Part shown: in pieces, positions 8,931-18,841 of the stretch
Layout: every line of letters starts with the position of its first letter
Numbering within the stretch: position 1 is the first letter of the stretch
From: Methanomethylovorans hollandica DSM 15978
GTDB lineage: Archaea > Halobacteriota > Methanosarcinia > Methanosarcinales > Methanosarcinaceae
DNA: 64,000 nt
Direction: 5' to 3'
Assembly: GCF_000328665.1 (NCBI RefSeq)
Contig: NC_019977.1
Location: forward strand, 2,224,011 to 2,288,010
Notes under the pieces: model-generated
Told to the model about the DNA's origin: nothing
The model's database searches: none
Seen by the model: only the letters and a program-made list of their open reading frames with translations
Position numbers and translations under genes: made by a program

Positions 8931-10463
8931 ATGGGTGTTACCATAGGAAAGCAAACAAAATTGCTAGTAATGTTGATGATAATGTTTTTCCTGACAGTAC
9001 CTGCAAGTGCAGCGCAGGAAAAGCAAGAGAAGGTCCCCGTTCTGATCAATTTCAAGGAAAAGACCGATACGGAACTTGTAAAAGCTCATGGTGGAAACGT
9101 GAAGCACGAATACACCATTATCCCTGCTGTGGCTGCAGAGCTGCCCCCACAGGCCATCGATGCCCTGTCGAAGAACCCGAAGATAGATTTCATTGAACCT
9201 GACGGCCAGGCTCAGATCCTTGCCGATGAGATCCCCTGGGGTATTGCCAGGATAGATGCGACCGCTGCCCAGTCCGCCGGTGTCACCGGAAATGGCATCA
9301 AAGTCGCTGTTCTGGACACTGGCATCGATTACAATCATCCTGACCTGAAGGCGAATTACCTGGGAGGGTATGATTTCGTGAATGCTGACAACGACCCCAT
9401 GGACGATCACAGCCATGGCACCCATGTCGCCGGCACGGTTGCTGCCCTTAGCAATGACATCGGCGTACTGGGAGCAGCACCCCAGGCAGGGCTGTATGCC
9501 GTAAAGGTCGCCGACAGCTCAGGATCATGTTCATATAGCAATATCATAGCCGGCATTAACTGGGCGGTAAACAACAATGCCAATGTCATTACAATGAGCA
9601 TTGGTGGTACAGCTTCCTCGTCCACGCTCCAGAACGCCTGTAACAATGCCTACAACAATGGCGTGGTACTGGTGGGAGCAGCCGGCAATTCCGGCGGTGC
9701 TGTGATATATCCCGCAGCTTACTATTCAGTAATAGCTGTGTCTGCAACGGATTCGACCAATACAAAGACCTCCTGGTCATGCTATGGTCCACAGGTGGAA
9801 TTTGCAGCACCTGGCTCCAGTATAAAATCCACTATGCCTGACGGCCTGTATGGTTACAAGAGCGGTACTAGCATGGCAACACCACATGTAACAGGTGCTG
9901 TGGCGTTGCTGATGAGCACGGATATTGCAGGCACTGTCCATGATACCAACGGCAATGGCAAATGGGACCCTGCGGAGGTCCGCTTAAGGCTGCAGAGCAC
10001 GGCAACCGACCTGGGTGCCAGCGGCAGGGACAATTACTACGGGTATGGCCTTGTGAACGCCTATGCAGCGGTCAGGGACCTGAGCAGTACACCAGTGGAT
10101 GACCCTGTTGTCACACCTCCTGAGTCATCAACACCTGTTGTGATGTACGTGGGAGAGCTGAGCCTGGAGCAGCAGTCCAAAGTGAGCGGCAAGAACACCT
10201 TTGGCTGGGCTGTGGCCACCGTGCAGGTGGTGGATGCTGACGGCAAGACAATCCCCGGAGCAAGTGTCGCAGGAAGCTGGAGCGGCCTGACAGCAGCAGC
10301 TGTCTCAGGGACCACTGATGCAAATGGTGTTGTAGTGTTCACATCCGCACAGGTGAAAAAGCCCAAGGGCACGCTGACATTCACAGTTACGGGCATCACA
10401 TGTGACGAATACGCATACGACCCAACGCAAAACGCCTACTCTGCAAAAAGCGTCACTTTCTAA
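8931..10463 (+). CDS. secreted subtilisin-like S8 serine protease with propeptide and C-terminal Ig-like domain
   Basis: Signal peptide; catalytic triad motifs VLDTG, HGTHVAG, SGTSMATPHV. Confidence 0.95.
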   Translation: MGVTIGKQTKLLVMLMIMFFLTVPASAAQEKQEKVPVLINFKEKTDTELVKAHGGNVKHEYTIIPAVAAELPPQAIDALSKNPKIDFIEPDGQAQILADEIPWGIARIDATAAQSAGVTGNGIKVAVLDTGIDYNHPDLKANYLGGYDFVNADNDPMDDHSHGTHVAGTVAALSNDIGVLGAAPQAGLYAVKVADSSGSCSYSNIIAGINWAVNNNANVITMSIGGTASSSTLQNACNNAYNNGVVLVGAAGNSGGAVIYPAAYYSVIAVSATDSTNTKTSWSCYGPQVEFAAPGSSIKSTMPDGLYGYKSGTSMATPHVTGAVALLMSTDIAGTVHDTNGNGKWDPAEVRLRLQSTATDLGASGRDNYYGYGLVNAYAAVRDLSSTPVDDPVVTPPESSTPVVMYVGELSLEQQSKVSGKNTFGWAVATVQVVDADGKTIPGASVAGSWSGLTAAAVSGTTDANGVVVFTSAQVKKPKGTLTFTVTGITCDEYAYDPTQNAYSAKSVTF

Positions 10464-10483
10464 GTGAAAGACACTTGATCAGG

Positions 10484-10522
10484 ATCGTATCCTGTACTTC
10501 CAGGATACGATGATCTTTTTTT
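10484..10522 (+). terminator. hairpin + T-tract between convergent subtilase and perR/fur
   Basis: ATCGTATCCTG-tacttc-CAGGATACGAT followed by T7. Confidence 0.65.
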
Positions 10523-10557
10523 ATGCCGGAAGAAAAAGGCTTCCTTGAATCTTGCCT

Positions 10558-11001
10558 TTAAGTGTTCTTATCTGCCTGGCATTTTCTGCAAACGCCATGT
10601 ATGTCAAGTCCGAACACGTTCACGATAAAATCTGCATCATCGGATATCCTCGAAATTACCTCTGACAGGAGAGGGTCCTCCCAATCGGCAATGTCGTTGC
10701 ATTTCACACAGATCAGGTGTGCATGAGGCTCCAGATTCGGATCGAATCTCGACTGGCCGTCAGGCAGGTTCAACTCCTGGATAAAACCAAATTCCTTCAG
10801 GACCTTAAGGGTGGCATAGATCGTTGCAAGACTGACGGTCGGATGCGTTCCCCTGATCTCCTGATAGATCCTCTTAGCTGTCGGATGCTCTTTATTATTG
10901 AGCACATATCTGGCGATGGCTATCCTCTGGGGAGTGACTTTTATATTTTTTTCCCTGAAGGCAGTAATTATTGTTTTATCAATATATTGTGAGTGAGTCA
11001 T
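10558..11001 (-). CDS. Fur/PerR family transcriptional regulator
   Basis: KVTPQR, EHPTA, SLATIY, HAHLICVKC and CRKC zinc motifs. Confidence 0.92.
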   Translation of the reverse strand: MTHSQYIDKTIITAFREKNIKVTPQRIAIARYVLNNKEHPTAKRIYQEIRGTHPTVSLATIYATLKVLKEFGFIQELNLPDGQSRFDPNLEPHAHLICVKCNDIADWEDPLLSEVISRISDDADFIVNVFGLDIHGVCRKCQADKNT

Positions 11002-11232
11002 AATTATTATTAGTTAATAGTTTTTTTTGTATAAGGATTTACTCACATGTAAGATTAATATGAAGTAAAGCATTGCTTTATAAGTAGTATATTAGTTTAC
11101 AAATATTACTGCTGCTTTTGAATGATACTTTCATTCATAATCTCAAATGTACCAGTGGAGTTAAAAAAGTGTATTTAGAAAAGAACTCTATAAGGGGTTA
11201 ATAATGAAAAAGTGGAATAAACTCGTAATTTT

Positions 11233-11638
11233 GGTGTTGATATTTAAAGATTGATATATAATATGAACTCACATACTTCTGAATGAATTGCCCAAGATGT
11301 AATAGTTCCATTCACAGAAAGAATGGTATAGTCATGGACGTCAACGATACAAATGCCATGATTGTGACTATAACTATTCAGTAGAGATAAAATCGACTGC
11401 TTTCTCTTCTTTTGTTAAAAGACAGGCTTTACAGCTCTATCTTGAATGATTAGGATTTCGCTCAATAGGACGTATATTAGGAGTAAGTCATGTTTCTGTC
11501 CAGAAATGGATAAAGAAGTTTGGTCAGGAATTAGAGGATATGAAGAGTGAAAATGAGAGCGAAATCGTTGAACTCGATGAGATACACCCTACATCGGGAA
11601 CAAAAAAATATTGCTGGACCTGGATTGCTGTTGATAGC
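11233..11638 (+). mobile_element. IS1-family element remnant (frameshifted, truncated transposase)
   Basis: From ATG 11283: MNCPRCNS..RKNG/GRQRYKCHDC zinc ribbon, HTH LGFRSIGRILGVSHVSVQKWI, then ELDE...CWTWIAVD. Contains a frameshift and a TGA (11447). Putative left end GGTGTTGAT at 11233. Confidence 0.85.
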
Positions 11639-11784
11639 TTCACACCCGACTCCTTGTTTTAAGGAATCGCCCGAACATATTTTAACCTTTCTAAATTGTT
11701 CTGCAGCAGACAGAGCTGACAGTGTTCTTACACCAATAATAGCGTAAAAAGATTATTAACATATCAGGACATCATTCAGTGATT

Positions 11785-12138
11785 ATGAGTGGAAAAGAAA
11801 GACTGCTGGAGCCGGAACCTTATATTCTGCCTGATATGGTCATGCAGAAGGTCCATGAATCCATGCAGGAAAATGTGACAGGGCTGGTGGACCTGTTCAA
11901 GGTGCTTTCAGACCCCATCAGGATACATATTCTTAAAGCTCTGGAGGTGCAGGAGCTGTGCGTATGTGTGCTCGTGGAGATAACAGACTATAAGCACTCT
12001 GCACTGTCATACCATCTGAAGCTGCTCAAAGGAGCAGGCCTCGTGGAATCCACGAGGAACAAGAACTTTCAGATGTATTACCTGACAGATCTGGGAAGGT
12101 CCCTGCTCAAGAATATAGAAAGCACCTTCAATCAGTGA
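11785..12138 (+). CDS. ArsR/SmtB family transcriptional regulator
   Basis: [28 protein letters not shown]. Confidence 0.9.
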   Translation: MSGKERLLEPEPYILPDMVMQKVHESMQENVTGLVDLFKVLSDPIRIHILKALEVQELCVCVLVEITDYKHSALSYHLKLLKGAGLVESTRNKNFQMYYLTDLGRSLLKNIESTFNQ

Positions 12139-12566
12139 CTTTCCGTAGGCTGGGCAGTGTTGAGCTTCACATACTTCACACCCTTAAGCGCCATCAGTTT
12201 CTCAGCTATTGTCTTTACCTCCTGACCCTCCCCATCCAGAATAACTACCTCCAGGCAATTATCATGGTCCAGGTGGATGTGTATCGAGGTCTTGATCAGA
12301 GCAGAGTGTTCATGCTGTATCTCCGTAAGGGAGCTGGTCAGTCCGCGTTTTGTATGGTCATAGATAAGAGTGATAGTGGCAACACGCCTGCCTTTCACAT
12401 CGCTCATCCATTCGTAATGCGTGATGTAGCTTCTGATAGCATCCCGTATGCCCTCTGAACGTGATGAATATCCTCTTTGCTCGATAATGCCGTCGAATTT
12501 CGTAAGAAGGTTCTCAGGCAGCGAAACACCAATCCTCATTAATTCTTGTTCCATTGGATCACCCAT
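12132..12566 (-). CDS. nikR: nickel-responsive regulator NikR
   Basis: RIGVSL ribbon-helix-helix, [26 protein letters not shown]. Confidence 0.96.
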   Translation of the reverse strand: MGDPMEQELMRIGVSLPENLLTKFDGIIEQRGYSSRSEGIRDAIRSYITHYEWMSDVKGRRVATITLIYDHTKRGLTSSLTEIQHEHSALIKTSIHIHLDHDNCLEVVILDGEGQEVKTIAEKLMALKGVKYVKLNTAQPTESH

Positions 12567-12584
12567 GAATAAGAAACATATAGC

Positions 12585-12723
12585 AGCTCTGTAGAAATCA
12601 TCATGAATATATCACATCAGCAACAACCGCAGAGAACACAAAGCCCATAGAGGACTTTTTATCACTTTCCATCCCCTTACATGCTCTTGTGGTTCAATTT
12701 AAATGCACGTTCTCTACAGAACC
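12585..12723. mobile_element. MITE-like element (~139 bp) with imperfect terminal inverted repeats
   Basis: AGCTCTGTAGAAA / TCTCTACAGAACC (10/13 inverted match), an internal AACCGCAGAG...TCTTGTGGTT palindrome, and a homologous partial copy at 23445. Confidence 0.55.
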
Positions 12724-12841
12724 CATAATATACTAATGAAAGTAAAGAGTAATAACATTTTGTATGTCTTGACGATAGGTTTATTAAGATAAATAGTAAT
12801 TATAGGGAAAATATATTAAAATAACATTGATATAGAGGGAC

Positions 12842-13558
12842 ATGATGAAAGGTGAACAATTATACTCAGGAAAAGCAAAGACGATATACAGGACCGAAGA
12901 CCCTTCGAAGTACATATCCGAGTTCAGGGACAGTCTTACTGCTTTTGATGGCAAGAAGAAGAGCGAAGCCTCAAAGAAAGGATATTACAACGCCCAGATA
13001 TCCAAAAAGCTCTTCGAGCTGCTGGAAAGTAAGGGTATAAGGACCCACTATGTCAGGATGCTATCAGACACTGAGATGCTTGTGGAAGCTGTGGACATCA
13101 TCAAAATAGAAGTCATACCCCGTAACATCGCTGCAGGCTCCATCACGCGCAGATACCCTATAAAAGAAGGTACGGTATTCAAGAAGCCTGTCATGGTCAT
13201 GGACTACAAAAGCGATGAGTACGGAGATCCCATGCTCAACGAAGACATTGCTGTAGCCCTGGGTGTCGCCACATACGAAGAAATAGCCACGATCCGCCAG
13301 ATTGCCCTCAAGGTCAACGAGATCCTCATCAAATACCTTGATGAACGTGGCATAGCCCTGCCCGACTTCAAACTGGAGTTTGGGAGAAAGGACGGGCAGA
13401 TCCTGGTAGCCGATGAGATATCCTGTGATACATGCCGCTTCTGGGACAAGGAAACAGGAAAGTCCATGGACAAGGACATCTTCCGCTTTGACAAAGGGGA
13501 TCTGACAAAAGCATACGAAGATGTAGCAAAACGTATTGCCCCTGAAATATTCCAGTAA
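12842..13558 (+). CDS. purC: phosphoribosylaminoimidazolesuccinocarboxamide synthase
   Basis: LYSGKAK, RNIAAGS, DFKLEFG and [15 protein letters not shown] motifs. Confidence 0.96.
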   Translation: MMKGEQLYSGKAKTIYRTEDPSKYISEFRDSLTAFDGKKKSEASKKGYYNAQISKKLFELLESKGIRTHYVRMLSDTEMLVEAVDIIKIEVIPRNIAAGSITRRYPIKEGTVFKKPVMVMDYKSDEYGDPMLNEDIAVALGVATYEEIATIRQIALKVNEILIKYLDERGIALPDFKLEFGRKDGQILVADEISCDTCRFWDKETGKSMDKDIFRFDKGDLTKAYEDVAKRIAPEIFQ

Positions 13559-13579
13559 GCCTTCAAGGAGATTAGCATC

Positions 13580-15055
13580 ATGCCGAAATATGATGTTATA
13601 GTCGTAGGCTCAGGAGTTACCGGGCTGCTCTCAGCCCTTGTGCTTTCCAAGCACGGAAAAAAGGTACTGATACTGGAAAAGAGCAAACATGTAGGAGGCA
13701 ACTGCAATAGTTATGTAGTGGATGGTTATCAGGTGGACACTGGAGCACATGCCATCACACATCTCATCGAAGGTCCGTTGAAAAGGCTCATGGAGAGCTA
13801 CTTTGACTACCTGCCAGTATTCGAGAATTACGGAGACTATTTCATCCGCACGGATAAACGCCTTATGAAAGTACCTTCCAATATCAAGGAATTCGTGACT
13901 TTCGATGTACTCCCCAAGATGGACAGACTGGTACTTAGCCAGGCAGTCACCAAAGCCCTTACCTACAGGACCTTCGGAATGGACTTGTCCAAACAATCCG
14001 TATATGAATTCCTTCCCAAGAACCTCTCACAGGATACTTACGACTTTGCCAATACTATATCTTATTTCCTTACAGGCAAGGACATGAAACATACATCAGC
14101 ACAGAGGGTACTTGAAGGAAGTGCATTCGTGCGGGACAGCGTAACACCTGAACAGTTAGAGGAGATCCTTAAAATAGACGAAAAGAATGGTCATGAGGAG
14201 AAAGTTTTGCAGAACCTCATTCCATTGAACCTTCACACATCCCTGCAAACCCGGCTGAACAAAGTATCAAGCCCCCTTACGACCCTGGGCAGGCTTGCCA
14301 CTAACAAGGTCAGCTATTCTCAGGGATATCCGCGTAAAGGTCTCAAATCACTCCTTAATGCTATACTTTATTCGCTGCCCAAGTCAGTGGAGATCATGAC
14401 GGAGAATCCTGTGCATAAGATCCTGACAGAGGAAGGCGTGGTAAAAGGAGTTGTGGCAGATGACACATATCTTGCTGATATGGTCATACACACAGGTTTT
14501 GCAAAGGACCTGCCATATCTTGTGGAAGATCTGCCCCCTTCCTATGTAAAGGAACTTGAGGGCATAGTACAGACAAAGAGCCTTACTATCTGGCTTGGGC
14601 TGGACACTACCATGGAAGCTTTCAATTATATTGGTTCTGAGATCTGGTTCAAGGAAAAGGCCTACTGGGCAATGCCCATCAGCAATTATGACTCGTCCCT
14701 TGCGCCTGAAGGAAAACAACTGGTCGGCTTTAGTTTTATAATGGACCCGGAAAAAGATGAGAGCTACGAGATCAAAAAAGCCTATGAAACAATATACAAT
14801 GCTGTGCCTGATATCAAGGAACATGTAGAGATGAGGCATGAACAAATCCTCATCCCTGAAAAAGCGTCAGTCACCATTGATGGGAACTTTGCAGACATCA
14901 GGACACCCATAAAGAATCTGTATGTTGCCGGTACCGACACTGACCGGCGCAGTATGGGCATCACCCGGGCAGCATATTCTGTGATAGAGATGCTGCGCAT
15001 AGTGAACTCAGATGGTAACCTGCACATGAGAGGAGCTAAAAGCTCACCTCCTTAA
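13580..15055 (+). CDS. FAD-dependent oxidoreductase, phytoene desaturase-like
   Basis: VVGSGVTGL Rossmann motif, LEK..GG, DTGAH and C-terminal TPIKNLYVAG. Confidence 0.8.
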   Translation: MPKYDVIVVGSGVTGLLSALVLSKHGKKVLILEKSKHVGGNCNSYVVDGYQVDTGAHAITHLIEGPLKRLMESYFDYLPVFENYGDYFIRTDKRLMKVPSNIKEFVTFDVLPKMDRLVLSQAVTKALTYRTFGMDLSKQSVYEFLPKNLSQDTYDFANTISYFLTGKDMKHTSAQRVLEGSAFVRDSVTPEQLEEILKIDEKNGHEEKVLQNLIPLNLHTSLQTRLNKVSSPLTTLGRLATNKVSYSQGYPRKGLKSLLNAILYSLPKSVEIMTENPVHKILTEEGVVKGVVADDTYLADMVIHTGFAKDLPYLVEDLPPSYVKELEGIVQTKSLTIWLGLDTTMEAFNYIGSEIWFKEKAYWAMPISNYDSSLAPEGKQLVGFSFIMDPEKDESYEIKKAYETIYNAVPDIKEHVEMRHEQILIPEKASVTIDGNFADIRTPIKNLYVAGTDTDRRSMGITRAAYSVIEMLRIVNSDGNLHMRGAKSSPP

Positions 15056-15736
15056 TACCATGGTCCGCAACCTGTCCGCAGCACTCTCGGTACGGTCAGC
15101 AATGCGGCCTATGTTTTTGGAAAGTTCCAGGAAGAAATAAACTCCTCCGCCACCAAGCAGTTCTTCCTTCTCAAATATCTGTTTCATAACTTGTTTTTCT
15201 ATAACGTCCACCTGGTGCTCCATTTCTTCTACCTTGGAAACAAGCTCCAGGGTTTCGTGTACATCCTTCTTCCCAAAAGAAGACTCCAGAAGCTCGCTTA
15301 GCGTGTCCACTAGAAGTTCATACATCTCCACTGTTGCCAAGGTCCTGGACATCAGTTCACGGAACCCCTCTTCGAGTTCTTTTGGCACCTGACAATTTCG
15401 CAGGGTCAGCCAGTAAGCTGCGTCCTGGCACTCATCGGAAATAGAATCCTGTGGTTTGAGGAAATTAAGCAGATCATCCGCATGTACCGGCAGCATAATG
15501 GTAGATGTGAGTTCCGCCCTGATGGTCTGTTTTATTACATCTGCCTCATGCTCAAGGATATCGATCTCACTATTAAGCCTCAGCACGGTGGGCGTGTCAC
15601 ATTCAAAATAAGCAGAAAGCTCCTCGCTCAGCTTCCGAACAGCATCCCCCCCTTTCGTGGCATGCATATGCAGAGGCCTGAAAGGAGATTTTGCAAAGAC
15701 GCTGAGCACAGAGCGTATATATTCTCTCTTTGTCAA
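15044..15736 (-). CDS. DUF47/PhoU-like phosphate transport regulator
   Basis: Repeated LEHEADVIK / MEHQVDVIE helical motifs; overlaps the pit gene. Confidence 0.88.
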   Translation of the reverse strand: MTKREYIRSVLSVFAKSPFRPLHMHATKGGDAVRKLSEELSAYFECDTPTVLRLNSEIDILEHEADVIKQTIRAELTSTIMLPVHADDLLNFLKPQDSISDECQDAAYWLTLRNCQVPKELEEGFRELMSRTLATVEMYELLVDTLSELLESSFGKKDVHETLELVSKVEEMEHQVDVIEKQVMKQIFEKEELLGGGGVYFFLELSKNIGRIADRTESAADRLRTMVLRR

Positions 15737-16770
15737 ATTCCTATCCCCATGAGTCCTGTGAATATTAAAGCTGATGTCAACGCTGCTACAGGCACTGTGA
15801 TTATCCAGGATACTGCTATCTTTCCTATTACACTTAAATCAACCGCTGCAAGACCGCCCGCAAGACCAACACCTATGACAGATCCAACAAGTGTGTGGGT
15901 AGTTGAGATGGGAAGAGAACTATAACTGTGCATCACCACAACAGATGCAGTGGCAAACTCTGCACAGAAACCTCTTGTCGGAGTAAGTTCAGTGATCTTA
16001 TTACCAATGGTCTGTATCACTTTGTAGCCCCATGTAGCAAGCCCGAGCACCATACCGAACCCACCGAGAACCATAATCCACGTAGGTACCTGCGCACTAT
16101 CCATACCCAGCACATTAAGTCCTGCATACAAAGGACCTATTGAATTTGCAACATCATTGGAACCATGCGCGAATGCCATATAACATGCTGTCATGATCTG
16201 AAGAGGTACAAACTTCTTTTCAATAAGAAAAGGATTGTCTGTACGTTGGAGGATAAAATGGGATACCATTATAAAGAGGAGATATGCAATAAGAGCTCCC
16301 AGCAGGGGTGAAATCAGCCAGCTTGCTACGATCTTGGTGAGAACAGCCCAGTGTATATCACTGTAAGGGATAATTCCATGATATGCTGAAACTAAACCAA
16401 AACCAAGAACTGCACCGACTATTGAATGTGTGGTAGAAACTGGCAGATTGTAGAATGTGGTCAACGTGACCCAGAAACCTGCGGCCAGGATCGCCGCAAG
16501 CATACCGATAACAACAAGATGAGAATCAATCATTCTAATTTGGTCTAATGGAACTATGCCACTTGCAATAGTCGAAACAACTCGTTTACCGAAAAATGTA
16601 GCACCAAAGAATTCGAACACTGCTGCAACAAGGATCACTTGTTTAAGAGAGAGGGCCCCACTACCCACCGAAGTTCCCATAGCATTGGCAAGATCATTAG
16701 CCCCTATGTTCCAGGCCATGTATAATGCCGCAGCTATGAGGGCAATCACAAAGGGATTAAAAACATCCAT
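15733..16770 (-). CDS. pit: inorganic phosphate transporter (PiT family)
   Basis: GANDLAN and HGSNDVAN signatures, PVSTTH repeats. Confidence 0.95.
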   Translation of the reverse strand: MDVFNPFVIALIAAALYMAWNIGANDLANAMGTSVGSGALSLKQVILVAAVFEFFGATFFGKRVVSTIASGIVPLDQIRMIDSHLVVIGMLAAILAAGFWVTLTTFYNLPVSTTHSIVGAVLGFGLVSAYHGIIPYSDIHWAVLTKIVASWLISPLLGALIAYLLFIMVSHFILQRTDNPFLIEKKFVPLQIMTACYMAFAHGSNDVANSIGPLYAGLNVLGMDSAQVPTWIMVLGGFGMVLGLATWGYKVIQTIGNKITELTPTRGFCAEFATASVVVMHSYSSLPISTTHTLVGSVIGVGLAGGLAAVDLSVIGKIAVSWIITVPVAALTSALIFTGLMGIGI

Positions 16771-16866
16771 TTTCCATTATCCTCCTATAAACTAAGTGGA
16801 CAATTTAGTAAGATATAGATAAATGTAGTTACAATATTCTATATACCACTATATAGTCATATAGAC

Positions 16867-18090
16867 CTATAAGAAAGAATCAAGAGTCCTCTGACACTTT
16901 AACTCGTTGACAAGACTTGCTTTTGGCCTCCATGCTCCAATAGGGGTTTGAAGCCTTGAGGACATATCCGCCAAAGCTGCATCTATGCTCTCGAACTTCT
17001 GTGGAGGATTCTGCAAAGCATTGCGCGCAGCTTCCCTTACAACCCATACACCCAGAGGTGCCCAGTAATCGGGCGTTATTTCCCTTATCATGAACACGGT
17101 TGCCTGTCTTCTGATACCGTTGAGGTACTCAAGTGCCCCAAGACGCGCAGCATAATAACCGCCTGCGAGACTGGAATATCCTTTTTTCCCACCCAGACCC
17201 TCACTGTCAGCACCTATCCATGTGGATTCACCCGACCATACAGCCCTGGGCATCCATATTTCTATTAGTTCATAGGAAAATACACGTGGAATTAAGAGTA
17301 TTTCAAAATGGTTACCGAAAGCACCTCCGCTAAAGAGCATAATATCACTTACCTGGGGATGATCCCGCACCCTGCGCAACATATCCTTGCCCAGCATATC
17401 ATCCACTGCTGTTATGGACCAGCGGGTGGGTACCAGCTTGCGCTCTTTACCGAGCAGACCAATGGAAAGAAGGCGTGTGATGTGATCCTGAGATATATTT
17501 GAAGAGATAAGCTCTGAAACAACGTCTTTTGCCAAGGCATCGTCATCATATACCAGATAATCGACCTTCTTTGGAACATTAGGATTCTCAGCGATATCGA
17601 GATCCTTTAGATCACCTGATGGCCCCATTGGAGTCATTACGCTATCGAACTTCAACCTGTTGGACAGAGGCTTATTGAACCAGGCTTCAGTATCCACAGG
17701 CTTTATAGAAAGGGCCAGTTCCTGGGATTTCAGAAGTAAAGGATCCCTGGGATCTGCAGCATCTTTAACGTTCATGCGCGCCCCTGCCCGCACAAGCCTG
17801 GAACGCGCTGCAATGATCTCACCAATGTTCATGCTGAGCAGCTGCTTTGGATCCTCCAGCATGGATGATTCATCTGCACCCATGTTAGGAGGCACCATGG
17901 GACCCGACATCACCGAAGGATAATCATGCCTGCCAATGAAAACTGCCGGAGGGGAGGCTCCAAATATGGAAGTTGCTCCTTTACTGGCTATTACAGACGA
18001 CTCTATAGACTTGAACTTCTCAAGAATGGGACATACAGGACGCCCACAGAATCCTCTTCCCTTGCAGCTTACACATTGATTATGGCTCAA
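16867..18090 (-). CDS. nreA: Nre family archaeal DNA repair protein
   Basis: N-terminal CxxCKGRGFCGRPVCP, LVPTRWSITAVD, C-terminal PIP-box-like QRTLDSFL. Confidence 0.88.
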   Translation of the reverse strand: MSHNQCVSCKGRGFCGRPVCPILEKFKSIESSVIASKGATSIFGASPPAVFIGRHDYPSVMSGPMVPPNMGADESSMLEDPKQLLSMNIGEIIAARSRLVRAGARMNVKDAADPRDPLLLKSQELALSIKPVDTEAWFNKPLSNRLKFDSVMTPMGPSGDLKDLDIAENPNVPKKVDYLVYDDDALAKDVVSELISSNISQDHITRLLSIGLLGKERKLVPTRWSITAVDDMLGKDMLRRVRDHPQVSDIMLFSGGAFGNHFEILLIPRVFSYELIEIWMPRAVWSGESTWIGADSEGLGGKKGYSSLAGGYYAARLGALEYLNGIRRQATVFMIREITPDYWAPLGVWVVREAARNALQNPPQKFESIDAALADMSSRLQTPIGAWRPKASLVNELKCQRTLDSFL

Positions 18091-18141
18091 CTTTGCTCTT
18101 TATCCCCACATAGGATGCATGATCCTGCTTCAGGTATGTTC

Positions 18142-18468
18142 TTATCGAACCAGCCCGGAGTGCTGCACGAACCTGCAGATATTGCACATACCTTCTACCT
18201 GGTCCTTTTGGTCCATGTCCTTAAGTAACCTGGCAGAGAACTTCCTCACCTCTGCACGGACCTCTTCTGGGAAATCAACTTCGGCTCCTCTTTTCTCACT
18301 CATGTACTGTGAAACAGCGGCCCTTGAAAGACAGAGAATATCAGCGATCTCCTGCTGAGTACATCTGTGTTCAGAGAACATCACACGTGCGATCTCTGCA
18401 CGTATCGCCGGAAGAACTTTTTGTACCATGACCTCACACGTCGTTTTCAAAAGATGGACCTCCATCAT
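18142..18468 (-). CDS. HTH transcriptional regulator with Cys motifs
   Basis: CE..LPAIRA, TQQEIADILCLSRAAVSQY HTH and C-terminal CNIC. Confidence 0.8.
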   Translation of the reverse strand: MMEVHLLKTTCEVMVQKVLPAIRAEIARVMFSEHRCTQQEIADILCLSRAAVSQYMSEKRGAEVDFPEEVRAEVRKFSARLLKDMDQKDQVEGMCNICRFVQHSGLVR

Positions 18469-18839
18469 CAGGTCTTTTGTTTTTTCTGATAATCTTCAAT
18501 GGCCATCCTTAAAGTATCCGGAGCAAAGTTCGAACAATCCATCTTACCTGAAGGAAGACCACCCAGAGCCTCTGCCACTTCTTCCTTTGTTATAAGCCTG
18601 GCTTCTTCTATGGTCCTGCCTTTTGCCATTTGCGTCACCATACTTGAAGTGGCGATAGCGGCCGCACAACCAAAGGTTTTGAACTTTACATCCACAAGTA
18701 CATCATCTTTTACCTTTATGTAGATAGTTATGACATCACCGTCTGCAGGATTTCCCAGTTGCCCCACACCATCTGCATCCTCAATGACACCTACGTTCTG
18801 AGGGTTAGTGAATTCTTCCAGAAGTCTTCTGCTGTACAT
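18468..18839 (-). CDS. iscU: IscU/NifU-type Fe-S scaffold (atypical ligands)
   Basis: YS..F.NPQNVG, FKTFGCAAAIA, LGGLP..KMDCS. First Cys site reads NPADGD. Confidence 0.88.
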   Translation of the reverse strand: MYSRRLLEEFTNPQNVGVIEDADGVGQLGNPADGDVITIYIKVKDDVLVDVKFKTFGCAAAIATSSMVTQMAKGRTIEEARLITKEEVAEALGGLPSGKMDCSNFAPDTLRMAIEDYQKKQKT

Positions 18840-18841
18840 AA

